Assembly: GCF_018977255.1 (NCBI RefSeq)
Contig: NW_024704742.1
Span: 68,078,001-68,142,000, forward strand
Direction: 5' to 3'
Length of the DNA: 64,000 nt
From: Callorhinchus milii
Taxonomy: Eukaryota
The notes beneath the pieces are model-generated. The model saw nothing but the letters and a program-made list of their open reading frames with translations. It was not told where the DNA came from and made no database searches. Below are positions 47,696-60,730 of this stretch, one piece after another. Position numbers and translations under genes: made by a program. Position 1 is the first letter of the stretch. Every line of letters starts with the position of its first letter.

Positions 47696-50600
47696 GTAAT
47701 GTTTGTAAATTTTCTTTTACAAATCACTTAATGCCCTTGCATCTCCCTACCCCTATTGCCTGCTCGAACCACACATCTCTACCGCCCCCCTCCCCACCTT
47801 CGCTTAGCTGCACGTGCCTCAAACCCTCCGCTCGACCATCGGCGGCCGTGCTTTCAGCTATAATGCCCAAACCTCTGGAAGTCCCTGACTCAATCCCTCT
47901 GCCTTGCCTTTCGTTGCCCGTCTAGTTGAAGGTTAAAGACTTAAGATCTATGATTTTAAAGGAGCTAGATAATGTAGACCATGATAAGTTGCTTTATCTT
48001 GTAGCTGAACAGTAGAACCAGAGGACATGGCCTGTGATTGAAAGGGGTAAATTCAGAACAAATTTGCGGAGACTACTTCAGTGAACGAATATTATATGTA
48101 TGGAACAGGCTCCCTAGGGAGACGATGGAACCAGAATGTGTTGATTCTTTTGAGAACAAATTAGATAGTTTTCTGTTAGGAAATAATATCTCAGGATACA
48201 ATATATAGTTAGGGACACGAATGTCAAGCGACTGCGAGGATGGTGGAAGGAGATCTAGATGGAACTTGGTCTTCTTTTGCCTGGCAAATTTTTATGATCT
48301 GTTCACACCTGAAGACTTTCCTTATCAATCGTGTCTACGGTCACCTCCCATTTCTCCCTGGTTTGACGTCAAGCTATGCCATTATTAAGCACTCTGACAA
48401 GTTCCCCCAGCTGAATGGGTTGAGAAGGGAAAGATGATCAAAAAAGTGGTCAAAGAGGTAAGTCTTGAGTTCTTATGGGCCAGTGAGATATGGAAAGAGT
48501 CCGATTTTATGTCCCAACTCTGTTGTGCGTGGTTTTGGGCAGAATCACAGTAATTCTAGGAATTAGACCTCGTAAATTATCATGGGAGACCTTGTCCCTC
48601 AGCTCAGTTACCTTCTCAATGAGATTAAGGAGCTTTGTGAGGCTTATTTAACCGTTCCGTTGCTCCGCCCTGCCTCTGTGACCTCCTAAAACTAGCAACT
48701 TGTCCGCTCCCTCTGTTCGGAGGGCACTGGCCCGCTCCACCATCGGTTGAGCCTTCAGCCTTTCTGCTCCCACCCTCTGGAACGCCATCCCAGAACCCCT
48801 CTGCCTCGCTACCTTTCTTGCCTCCTCCAAAGTCCGTCTCAAGACCTTCCTCTTCAACTTAATGTTTTAAATTTTGCTCTGTCCTCCAGTCCACAAGTAC
48901 AGCTCGAGGGTTTAAGAAGCTCCTGCAATATTAATCAGAACCTGACTTATTTCCTCTCACTAGGCTCTATCCATCTGGCCATCATGCCTTCGAGGCATCT
49001 AGTTCCTTATAACACACGCTCTTCTGATGTCTACTTGTGTTAAAGATTTCTGAGCCAAAATGACTGGTCACCAGAGCACGGCTTGATTCCCTCGCTGCCA
49101 TTATGGGATTTTTTTTTATATAGTAAAAAAGAGTTGCACTAAAAATGTTAAAAACTTTTACAGAAACAATCTCCAGCCCTCTTCTTTCCTGGCCATACCT
49201 TTTGCTCTTCCATCTAGTCCCTCCAAAATATTGGCCTTTTACTTGATTTGTGGGCTGTTGCTGTGCGCAAATTGGCTGTGTGTTCACCTACAAATACACA
49301 ATCACTACAAACTCTGAAGCACTTTGAAACATCCTACCAACTTATAATTAGTTGTATCAAATAATAACAATCCTTGCACTTGATATAGCACCTTTCACAT
49401 TGTCGCGACGTCTCAAAGCTCTACACAGAATATACTGTAAACTGGATTGATTGTGTATTTTGTGGATAAACATGGCAGCCAATTTGCACACAGCAGTGCC
49501 CCACAAAAATTCTTTTGAGACATTTTTCTGTAATGGGTGCCATGACAAATGCAAGGATATTATCAGGGTCTTGTAACAATGCAGTTTTACAATTCCCCCA
49601 CCAGGGATCCTCAGTTAGCTATGCAAATAAAATATCTTTTCTCGGCAGAGAATCAATATGATAACATGTAATAACAACATTGCATTTGATTTACGCTTTC
49701 TCACGTTGTCCAGACGTCTCAAAGCACTTCACAGGATTTCACAGTGAATTATAGTGATTGAGTATTTGTACGTGAATGTGGCAACCAGTTAGCGCAGGGC
49801 AACATCCCACAAACAGCTCTTGAGTGAGTGATCAATTTTTACCTGGAGGATTGTTGGCCCGGACACTATGAGAGACTTCCTTCTCTTTTCAAATAGCGCT
49901 TTGAACATAATGCTTGAACGGGCCGGGATCTTGTTCATAACACTTTTAAGGTCTCATCTGTAGATGAAACGCTCGTCAGTGTGGTATTTTAGTGTTATCT
50001 TAGACTGTGAGAACACAGCCCCGATGTGGGTCTTGAATTCCCAATCTTCTGGCTCGGAGAAGATGTGGCTTCCATCTGAGCCAGGCTGACAGCCGATTTG
50101 ACTGTGGAGCCCTGTAGGGAATTGGTTGGAGCACTTGCTTTGCAAGTGAGAGGACCCAGGTTTAATTCCCAGGCAGGGGAAACTTTAGGCAAATTTTCTT
50201 ATTCTAAATGCCTATGTTTACCTAGTAGTTTGTTGCTTTCCAGGGTAATAATCCCCTAAAAAAATTAAAATAATAATTTGGTCACTCAATCCACAAAATA
50301 TACCGTCACTCCACTTTACAGTGTATTCTGTGGAGCTCTTTGAGACGTCTCAACGATGTGATAAGGCTCTATATCAAATGGAAGGATTATTACTTTTATT
50401 GAATTCAACAATAAGATGGGGCTGGCAACTTCCACGGTGAGATTGCTGCTGATGTCAGCTCGAAACAGAGCCATGCTCAGACTGTGGGGAAAACCTTCCT
50501 TTAGAATTAATTCAAGATAACATTTCAATAAAAGGTGTTCACAGTGAGACCCATCAGCACCTTTCTAACTGACAGCACACATATAGTTTTGCATCTGTCA

Positions 50601-51399
50601 GGCTTGTCATCAAACTTTAAAAGCTTCTGAAAATCTCACCTAGTTAATAATATAATAGTAGTGCTCTTGTGCAACACTCTGACTCGTTGATTCAATCAAC
50701 CAAGTTTCTGGGTTTTTTCTCTGTCTGACACATGCAGAAACTCATTGCCGTGTTAAAGAGAGAATCATGCATGCAACCTATGCACGGAAATGTCCCCGTG
50801 AAATTGTTGGTTGTTCCTCAGTAAACTCTTCGAGATTAATATGATAATCATAAAACTAATCATAAAAACTGATAATCATAAAAACTGATACAGTGCCTTT
50901 CATGTCAGGAAGGTTTTACTGCAAAGTATTTAAGTTTATTTTTAGGTGAAAGCAGCAACCAGTTTGCGCACAGTAATATTGCACAAACTGCCATGAAGTG
51001 ATTGACTGGGGGGAAATGGTTGGGAAATGGAACATAGGGTGATGATAATCCCTGAATTATATCTATACTATATATGTATAATATCAAAACATCTCACAGC
51101 AGTTTAGGTAAATGTTATCAAGTGCAGTGACTGTGTGTTTCTTCTCACATAGAACCATAGAAATGTACAGCACCGAAGAAGCGCATTCGGCCCATCTTGC
51201 CTGTGCTGGCTCTTTTAAAGAGCAATCATTTCAGTTCCCTTTACCAAATAAAATGTGCTGTTTGTGGGACACTGACTGTGTGTATCAAATTGGGTGCTGC
51301 CTTTACCCACAAAATATACAGTCTCTTTACAGTATATCCTGTGAAGCGCTTTGGGAAGTGCTCGATGAACTGAACTGTAACAAATGTAACGATTATTAT

Positions 51400-51805
51400 T
51401 ATATAGCGCCTTATCGTGTCATTTAGGCGGCTCAAAACATTTCACATGATTTACTGTAAAGTGGACTGACTGTGTATTTTGTGGGGAAAACGCAGCAGCC
51501 AATTGCGCTCAGAAATGTCCCATAAACAGCCATGGAGTGAGTGACTAATTTTATTTGGGGGATTGTTGGCCAGGACAGCAGGAGAGAGAAATGCCCTTCT
51601 ATTTTCAAATAGTGCCATGGGATTTAACATTCACCTGAACAGGCAGATGGGACCTCGGTTTAACGTCTCATCTGAAGGGGAACACCTCAGACAACGTAAC
51701 CCCCCCCCCAGTCCCGCATTGGAGTTTCAGCTTAGACAATGACTATGTCAACCCACAACTTTCTGACTCAGAGACGAGAGCGATACCACTGAACCAGGCT
51801 GACAC
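51400..51805 (-). mobile_element. Near-complete Deu-domain SINE
   Basis: Tail, Deu core (aatagtgccatgggat...ggcagatgggacctcggtttaacgtctcatctgaa) and tRNA-like head. Confidence 0.78.
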
Positions 51806-51884
51806 TCAAATATCATGATATTATGATTATTTCCCCCCTCCATACCCATCGTTTACTTTCTTCTCTGCTCTCTCCTCTTGGCAG

Positions 51885-52146
51885 CCTTCCTGTACGGTGG
51901 GCCCTGGTCCTGTGCGTGTACCTGTTCACTCAGGTGAAGACCAAGCTCCTCAAGAAGCAGTTCCAGGCGGCTCAGGTGTGGGTGCTGGTGGGGGAGAGCT
52001 TCACTATGGCTGTGTTTGCCGTGTTCTTCTCCCTGGCCTCCTCCGTGCTCAGTCTGCTGCACCCCAACATTAGGAACCCCAGGTACATCCAAATAACAGA
52101 TGAGGAGTGTGCCACCCTCATCAACCAGCAGATACGTGAGAAGTAG
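51885..52146 (+). CDS. TMEM127-like protein, terminal exon (AFLYG-[1-nt frameshift]-ALVLCVYLFTQVKTKLLKKQFQAAQVWVLVGESFTMAVFAVFFSLASSVLSLL...REK*)
   Basis: Strong pyrimidine tract and ggcag acceptor; G/C-ending codon bias; QVWVLVGESF resembles TMEM127 QVYVTFAVSF followed by the last TM. One extra base near 51899 is needed to stay in frame with the 165-nt exon. Confidence 0.72.
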
Positions 52147-52941
52147 AAGATCGTCCACTAGGTGTGGGCGGGGAATGTTTGGGGAGGAAGGGGAGAGAGG
52201 GGGTGTTCGGCGGAGGAGCGAGGTTTGACCACCAACCAACCCAGACCCTGCTGGAGGTAATTGAAGTGTGCACCACCATCATCCTCCATCCACCAATGGT
52301 GCTGATTCTCTTTGTTACTTACCCAAGATAGAGACTGTCTTAAACAAGTCTTTTACTTGTTACAGAGATCTTGACCCTCAGGGAAATAAATGAGGACAAT
52401 TTTTGAATCTTTCGTTTTTAATGCCCCTGCCCCCCCCCCAAAAAAAATGTTTGACCTCAAGTCTGTTGATGTGGCACGAGGGAGGGGCAGTGTGTTGTGT
52501 GGCGATTTCCCCAGCCCCCCTCTCTCTCTCCCCCCCACTCCTCCCACCGCACATGCACACACGCACTCTGTGGTCGGGGGTTGCAGAATGCAGTTGTTGA
52601 AGGTTTGTCATCATCGTTCTTGAAAGGCGACGTCTCAGAGGGCATGTGAAGAGAGGCATATAATATTTTCAATTGGGTTGAGAAGATAAACTCAGAGAAA
52701 TACTGTAAGATATTACAGCATATCATATATCAATAGAACAAGTGGACAAAGAGTTGAAGTTGAAAAGGACAATTTCAGGAGAGGCACCAAGAGGTATTTC
52801 TTCACCCAGCGGGTAATTGATGACTGGATCAATTTACCAGGAAAGGTGGTTGAGGCCAGGACACTGGGACACATTTAAAAAGCAGCTCGATACTGTGATG
52901 GGAGAACAGTAGGATGGGTGTTCTGGAGGGAAGAGATCTAA

Positions 52942-53492
52942 TTGGTGAGACAATACTTAGAGCACTGTGTACAGTTCTGGTCGCCGCAGTACGAAAAGGA
53001 TATGGGAGAAATCGAGAAGATACAGAGGAGTGCAACCAAAATGGTTGAGGGAATGGAGGGACTGGACTATGAGGAGCGACTAAGTAAATTGGGCATGTTC
53101 ACGCTGGAAAAGAGTAGATTGAGAGGCGATAAGATTGCTGTGTTTAAGATTGTAAAGGGGCAAGATCATGACAGGCAGTTTCAACTTGTCCAGAATAGTA
53201 AAACCAGAGGACACGGCCTGCGATTGAAGGAGGATAATTCAGAACCAATCTATGCAAATATTATTTCAGGGAGCGAATAGTGAACCTGTGGAACAAGTTC
53301 CCTCAGAAAATGGTTGAAGCAGGAAGTGTTCATTACTTCAAACACAGATTAGATAGTTTTCTTTTAGGAAATAACATCATGGGATATAGATATAGGTAGC
53401 TCAGGACATATGTGCATGCGACCACCAGGAAGGTGGAAGGCGAACTAGATGGGCCTTGGGCTTTTTTCGTCTCGCATTTCTTATGTTCTTAA
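52942..53492 (+). mobile_element. CR1 LINE 3' fragment
   Basis: LEHCVQFWSPQY...QRSATKMV...YEERL...LEKSRLRGD; TTCTTATG-type tail; related copy at about 47930-48300. Confidence 0.9.
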
Positions 53493-54254
53493 TGGGCCCA
53501 AGGTCTTTCTTCATCCAAACCTATCTTGTAATCTTGTGAATTGTGGAATGTTCCAGGGGTGCGATAAAGACCCCGTCACTCAAGCTGTTTGGAAAACGAA
53601 AGGAGTTTTTCCCACTCTTCTGGCTGATTATCTTCTGGTAAAAAATTGGCTGTTGGTTCGCACACAGGTGCACAAATTTGGAAACACAACAGTAGTTGAC
53701 AGCAATTTCCTGAGAAGCACTTTGATGTTATAGTATATCATATTATAATTATAGTTATAATATTGTCAAGTTCTCTGGGATGCTACCCTACATATATACA
53801 TTTATATATAAAATATATATACTGCATGAGGGGTGCTATATAAATGCAAGTTGTTGTTGTTACAGCTGCAATATCAGATATGAACCAGATTACATAAATA
53901 TATAACTGTTGCTGAGCGTTTACTTTAGGCTTCAGTGTAACACTCTGTTTGACTGTTCTACTTTTTTCTCCTTTACGCCCCCTTTCCTTCTTCCCCGAGG
54001 CATTGCCTCAGGCTGTAGTGCTGTTCCACGAGCCACTTACTGTCAGCAGGTTATTTGCTGTTTGGGGGGTGGGGGCTGAGAGGGGGGATTGCACAAACCA
54101 ACCACTTCACACACTTGCAGGCAGCGGTCACTGGTCCTGTGAGGAGTGGCGAACTGCAGACAGGTAACAAACAGCAATAAAGGTCACACCCTCTGCCTGT
54201 TCTATGTCACTGTCTTTATCTGTATTTTCTGTGTACCCCTCTGCAGCAATAAGC

Positions 54255-54715
54255 TTTGTGTGTTTTTTTTGCGTGGGTGTGTGGAGCTCTGTGTGGGTGT
54301 GTGGGTCTGCATGTGTGGAGAACTCTGTGTGTGTGTGTGTGTGGGGGGGTCTGCGTGTGTGTGGAGCTCAGTGTGTGTATGTGTGTGCGCGATGCTCAGT
54401 GTGGTGATTATTGTGTAAGCAGTACTCAGTGTGTGTGCAATGCAATGTGTGTGTGTGTGTGTCTGTGATTCACTGTGTGTGTGTGTATGTGTCTGTGACA
54501 CACAGTGTGTGTGGTGCGCAGTGTGTGGTGTTTATTGTGTATGCAGTGCTCAGTGTGTGTGCAACGCAGTATGTGTGTGTCTGTGATGCACTGTGTGTGT
54601 GTGTGCATGTCGCTCAATGTATGTATCTGTGTGGTCCTCAGAGTGTGTCGTGATCAGTGTGTGTGATGCTCAGTGTATGTATATGTGTGGTCCTCAGTGT
54701 GTATGGTGCTCAGTG
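54255..54715. repeat. TG-rich degenerate microsatellite
   Basis: (TG)n interspersed with gtgctcagt units. Confidence 0.85.
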
Positions 54716-55007
54716 CATTTTAATCAGTATTTTAATAGGTGTTTATCTAAGTTATAATCAGCCTCTTGTTAATTTTTAAAAAATGTTTTTATGTCAATGA
54801 CCTTTTCCACTGCAAAAATATGTGCCTTTGAACTGGTGTGTTTACCATGCACTTTGTAATAGATACAGGTATTTTACTTCAGAAAAATAAAACGATAGTC
54901 AAACGAATAACCCTCTGTGCGTGTCTGACTGAAGTAGAACTGTGGAGCGTTGATTATTTTGTGGCCCAGTTGTAACGAGCCAGTCCCGAGTTTACTGGGA
55001 TGGGTTT

Positions 55008-55345
55008 ATGGAATCCCGTAGTGTAGTGGTTAGCTCGCTTCGCTAGCGGGAGGACCCGAATTCGGTTCCCGGCAGAGCGAAATCTTAGGCAACTTTCCTT
55101 ACTCCACACCTATTTATCTAGCAGTAAGTAGGAACCCTGTTGTCAGTTGATTAATGGATCACTTTCCGGGGGTAATATTCCCTAAAAAAAATCCATGACT
55201 GTTTGTGGGACACTGCTGTGCACAATTAGCTGCCACGTTTTGCCCACAAATACACAGTCAATTCACTTTACAATATGTTCTGTGAAGCACCCTGAGGCAT
55301 CTGAATGACGTGATAAGGTGCTATATCAAATGCAAGGATTGTATT
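55008..55345 (+). mobile_element. tRNA-derived SINE
   Basis: Family head, body and tail. Confidence 0.85.
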
Positions 55346-55456
55346 ATGTTCCCGTTTGACTGGAGAAGGGAGTGTCACCCTTGAAAAGCGACGTTAATTT
55401 CCTCATGGAAACATTGCAAATTGCCAATGATTCTGCAGAGGTCGTTCTTTTTACAG

Positions 55457-55553
55457 ATGCACTACAATGTCGTGAATTCCTCTGGTGCACAGACTGGGAC
55501 TGGAGCGTAGGATTGGGACTCCCTGAGCACTGTGCCGTGAAGGTGGTGGACTC
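55457..55553 (+). CDS. Candidate internal exon of unknown gene (DALQCREFLWCTDWDWSVGLGLPEHCAVKVVDS)
   Basis: ttctttttacag acceptor, GTAAGA donor, only one open frame (phase 1-2), non-repetitive sequence. Confidence 0.35.
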
Positions 55554-56170
55554 GTAAGATTTCTGAGCTCACACAGGCAATGTATCATTACAATACAACA
55601 TTGATATTGCATTTATATATGACAACAACAACTTGCATTTGTATAGCGCTCTTCACTCAGGACAGCATCCCAGAGTGCTTGACAGTGGTGGAGGCTGACG
55701 CCGAACCGGGAGGGCAGAGGAGGTCGTAAGCACCGTCAAAGAGGAAGAACTTCAGGCGTGATCTGAAAATGGGGAGGGAGGGGGCAAGACGGAGGGATTA
55801 AGGGAGAGCATTCCAGAGTTTTGGAGCACAGTAGCTGAAAGCACGGCCACAGATGGTAGAGCGGAGGCGACTGGGGACAAGGAGGAGGCCAGAGCCAGCG
55901 GAGGCGGAGGCGGAGGGTGGTGGAGTGGAGAATAAGAAACTGGTTTAATTGTTAATTAATTAAAGTTAATGAATACCCAGGTTTAGGTACAACAACCAAG
56001 ACATTACAAAGGTGGTGAAAGGGGGTCATAGGCGTGTTGAAAGAGAGAAGATTTGAATGAAAGTGTGTTGGGCATTGAGTGAGAGAGACACACTGACCAG
56101 GACACGGCAGAGCCTGAGGGGGGCAGCACAGCACAGAGCAACATGGCTCCTCTTTGTGCTGTCACCACAG

Positions 56171-56213
56171 CAACAGCAGCCGAGGGACCGATGCTACAGA
56201 GGACAGACTCAAG
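56171..56213 (+). CDS. Candidate 43-nt exon (NSSRGTDATEDRLK), phase-compatible with 55457-55553
   Basis: caccacag acceptor, AAG|GTCAGA donor, open in phase 2-0. Confidence 0.25.
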
Positions 56214-56234
56214 GTCAGAGGAGGATTCAGAGAA

Positions 56235-56650
56235 CATACGCACATACATACATACATACACATACATACACACATACATACATACATACACACATACACA
56301 CATACATACACATACATACATACACACATACACACACACATACATACATACACATACACACACAGACATATACACACACACACACACAAACGCACAGACA
56401 TACACATACATACACACTGACATACACACAGACATACACACATACACACACACATACATACATACACATACACACACAGACATATACACACACACAAACA
56501 CACAGACATACACATACATACACACAGACATACACACACACAGACACACACATACACACACACACACAAACACACAGACATACACACACATAAACACACA
56601 CACAGACATACACACACATAGACACACACACAGACATACACACAAACACA
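56235..56650. repeat. Compound (CA)n/(CATA)n/(CAGA)n microsatellite
   Basis: Directly visible; a similar tract lies at 57272-57398. Confidence 0.95.
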
Positions 56651-56651
56651 T

Positions 56652-56969
56652 GTGGAGTCCTGTAGCTCAGTGGTTAGAGCACTCGCTTTGCAAGTGAGAG
56701 ACCTGAGTTCAATTCCAGGCAGAGGGCGAAACCTTGGGCAAGTTTCCTTACTCCACATAGAGCCTAATAATAATCCCTCCAAAACCAAAAACAATAATAA
56801 ATTGGTCATTTTCAATCTACGACTGTTTGTGGGACATTGCTGTGTGCAATTGGCTGCCGCGTTCGCCCACAAATATACAGTCAATTCACTTTACAGTCTA
56901 TTCTGTGAAGCGCTTTGAAATGTCGAGAAGACGTGAAAAGCGCTATATCAAATTCAAGGATTATTATTA
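56652..56969 (+). mobile_element. tRNA-derived SINE, young short subfamily
   Basis: Nearly identical to 21510-21824. Confidence 0.92.
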
Positions 56970-57408
56970 AGACCCTCCTCTTTGACCATGACTTTGGGCG
57001 CCCTCCTACCCCTACCCTCCCTGCCCTCTACCCCCTCCGATCCCCACCCCCAGCTTGGGCCCAAATTCCTGACTGTCCCGTACCCGATGTGAAAGGCACT
57101 ACACAAATTTAATTTTTGTTGTTACACTGAGAAATGGCTTCATTGTCACCAAGAGTCACTGGTGCTTCATTAATGACAATTCTTAATAATAAACTAATTA
57201 ATCCTTACATTTGACACAGGGCCTTTCACGTTGGGAGCACATCTCAAAGCGCTTCACGGATTATTATTATTACACACACACACACATACATACATACACA
57301 CACACACATACATACACATACACACACACACACATACATATATGCATACACACATACATACACACACATAAATACACACACACATACACACACACACACC
57401 CACCCCTC

Positions 57409-60400
57409 TATGCCTCTCCTCCCACCCCCCTCAATCCGCTACTCCCCCTCTGTCCTTCTCTCCCACCGCCCTCCCCGCCTTCTCTCTCTCTGCTCGACCC
57501 CATCACCACTTCCCTCTGCTCCAGCCTGGGCATCCTCCACCGGGCCCATCGTGGCTCCCGGCACTGGCTGTCCCAGAGCAGCAACCCCACGTGTCCCATC
57601 AGTCACTCCCTCTGCTAAACCGCCTCCTTAAGGCAAACCCAACTTCCCCCTTCCTCATACGTACCCTCCCCAACTCTCCACTCACACCGCTCTCCACAAC
57701 CATCTCTCCTGTACACTCCAAAATCCTCTCCACACCACTCTCTCCTCCCTCCCCTCCCTCCAGCAGACCCACCCGCATTTCCCTCCAAAATGTCCGCTCC
57801 CTCTCAAATAAAGCCCTCACCATCCACGACCTCATCCTGGACAAACACCTTGACATTCTTGGGCTCACCGAAACCTGGCTTCCCCCAATGACCCAGTTCC
57901 CCTAGTGGAAGCCTCCCCTCCAGGCTACACCTTCCACCACACCCCCCCGTCCAAACCAACGTGGTGGCAGGGTGGCCCTCATTTCCAAAGCCTCCCTTGG
58001 TCTCAGCCCCTACTCCTCTGGCTGCTTCCCCTCATTCGAGCACCTCACCCTCTTCCACCCCTCTCTCCCTTTGAAAATCCTCCTTGTCTACCGCCCCCCC
58101 TAAGCCCCCCGGCTCCTTCCACACAGACATCTCTACCCTCCTCTCTTCCCTGTCCCTCTGCTCCGAGCGCCTACTCATAATGGGCGATTTCAACCTCCAC
58201 CTGAACTCCCCCAGCACCACTTCTGCCGATTTCACTGCCCTCCCTCCCCTCCCTACACCTCGCCCTTCACATAAACTCACCCACCCACAACCATGGTCAT
58301 GCACTTGACCACGTCATTACCCACGGCCTTGACATTTCCGACCTCAGCATAGTGGACAAGGCCATCTCGGACCACTTTTTCATCTCCTTCTCCTCTCACA
58401 TCCCTCTCTCCTCCACCAAGCCCTCAACCATCCTCTACCGCCCTTGCAAAAGGCTACACCCTGAGACGCTCACAAAGGCCCTCTCATCATCAAACATCCT
58501 ATCCCTCTGGCCTTCCCCCCGCGGAGATCCTGAAGCAGCCGTCCAGCTGCTCCATGATCGCCTCTCCTCCACCTTCAACTCCCTCGTCCCCCTAAAATCC
58601 AGGACCATCTCCAAACCCACCCGAGCCCCTGGTACAACAACCATCTCCACCGCCAAAAAACCCAAATCCGTCTGCTCAAGCGCAGATGGCAGAAAACTGG
58701 CCTGACAGTTCACCACCAACTGTGGCTCGAGCATCTCCACAGCTACCGCTGTTCTTTGACGTGCAAAAATGGCCTTCTACTCCAACATCATCTTGGAGGC
58801 TAAACACAACCCAAAAATCCTTTTTTCCACCACCCACTACCTCCTCTGTGCCCCCCTCAGGCCTCCTCAATCTTTGTATCAAATGCCAAGTGCGAGGAGG
58901 TCATGGACTTCTTTTCATCTAAAATACTTAACATCCGCCAGGCAGCCTCATCCACCTGCCCCTTGTCACCCACCACCACGCCCTCTTTGTCCCCTTCACC
59001 TTCCTCATCATCTGCTCCTACCACCACCCCCATTCTACATTCCTTCCTCCCCATCTCTTCCTCCTCCCTCTCACCCACCATCACCTCCATGAAACCCACC
59101 ACCTGCTGCCTCGACCCCCTCCCCACCAACTTACTGGTCACCAGCTCCCCTTCCTCTGCCCACTACTGGCTGACATCATCAACCAGTCCCTCTCCTCCGG
59201 ATCAGTTCCTACCTCCCTCAAAACTCCTGTCATTACCCCCCTCCTGAAAATACCCTCCCTAGATCCCTCAAACCCCACCCACTACCGCCCTATTTCTAAT
59301 ATGCCCTTCCTCTCAAAAGTTCTGGAACGCGTTGTTGCAAATCAACTTCGCACACACCTCTCCTCCCACTCCCTCTTCGAACCCCTCCAGTCCGGTTTCC
59401 GCTCTGCCCACAGTACAGAGACTGCACTTGTGAAAGTAACAAACGACATCCTCTCTATCTGTGACCAGGGCTTCCTCTGCCTCCTTGTCCTCCTGGACCT
59501 CTCCGCCGCATTCAACACAGTTGATCACGCCATCCTCCTCCACCGCCTTTCCTCCGTCATCCACCTCAGTGGGACCGCACTCGCCTGGTTCGAGTCCTAC
59601 CTCACAAACCGCCAGCAGTACATCTGCTCAAACGGCTTCTCCTCTCGCTCTCACCCGGTTACCTGTGGGGTACCCCAAGGATCCATCCTTGGCCCCCTCC
59701 TCTTTCTGATCTACATGCTCCCTCTTGGAGATGTCATCCGTAGACATGGGGTACACTTCCACATGTATGCGGACGACACCTAACTCTATTTTTCCATCTC
59801 TCTTTGCGACCCTCAGTCCCCTGATGTTCGGTCAGTCTGCCTGTCAGACCTCAGGGGTTGGATGAACGCAAATTTCCTTCAATTGAACGTCGACAAGACG
59901 GAAGCCATATTCTTTAGCTCTCGTCAACATCTAAAATCTCACGGCTCTCACCTCCTCCACCTACCCGACCTCCCCCTAAAACTCCCCGAACCCATACGCA
60001 ACCTAGCCGTCAGGTTCGACCCCCAATTATCCTTCCTCCACACATCCAGTCACTCACCAGCACCGCCTTCTACTACTTCCGACGCATCGCCCGTCTACGC
60101 CAATACCTCTCCCCAAAAGCCGCTGAAACCCTGTTCCATGCCTTTGTCACCACTTGGTTGGACTACACCATCGCTCTCCTCACCGGTCTCCCATCCTCTA
60201 CCATCCATAAAATCAACATCATTCAAAATTCTGCTGCTCGCATTCTCACCCATATGAAACTCTGCTCCCCGATCACCCCAGTCCTTGCCAAACTGCACTG
60301 GCTGCCTATCCCAGAGAGGATCGATTTCAAGATCCTCACCCTTGTATTCGAATCCCTCCACTCCTCTGCAGCCCCCTACCTCTCTGACCTCCTCTCTTCT

Positions 60401-60730
60401 CAAAACAGTACCCATTGCCTTCGTTCCTCCGGGTCTGGCCTCCTCCTTGTCTCCCGAGTCCTCTGCTCCACCGTCAGAGGCCATGCTTTCAGCCACTATG
60501 CCCCGAGGCTCTGGAATTCCCTTCCTCACTCCCTTCATCTCGCTCCCTTCCTTCCCATTTTCAGGTCTCTGCTGAAGAGCTTTCTTTTTCGACCGTGACT
60601 TTGGTCACCTTCCTCCCCCTTCCCCTGGCTTGGTCCCGGGACCGTTACTGTAAAGCACTCTGAGACGCCATCTGGCGTGGAGGGTGCTATATAAATCCAA
60701 CTTGTTGTTGTTGTTGCCGTTGTTGTTGTT
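57409..60730 (+). mobile_element. Near-full-length inactivated L2 LINE (APE endonuclease + reverse transcriptase)
   Basis: LQNVRSL...LGLTETWL and GDFNLH (EN); LLDLSAAFNTVDH, GVPQGSILGPLLF and YADDT (RT); (GTT)n tail; several stops and frameshifts. Confidence 0.95.

Noticed and set aside
56004..56884. Long CV/HT-rich ORFs (also 54202-54653)
   Set aside because: Microsatellite translations.
57591..60598. Active reverse transcriptase gene
   Set aside because: L2 ORF2 is broken by several stops and frameshifts.
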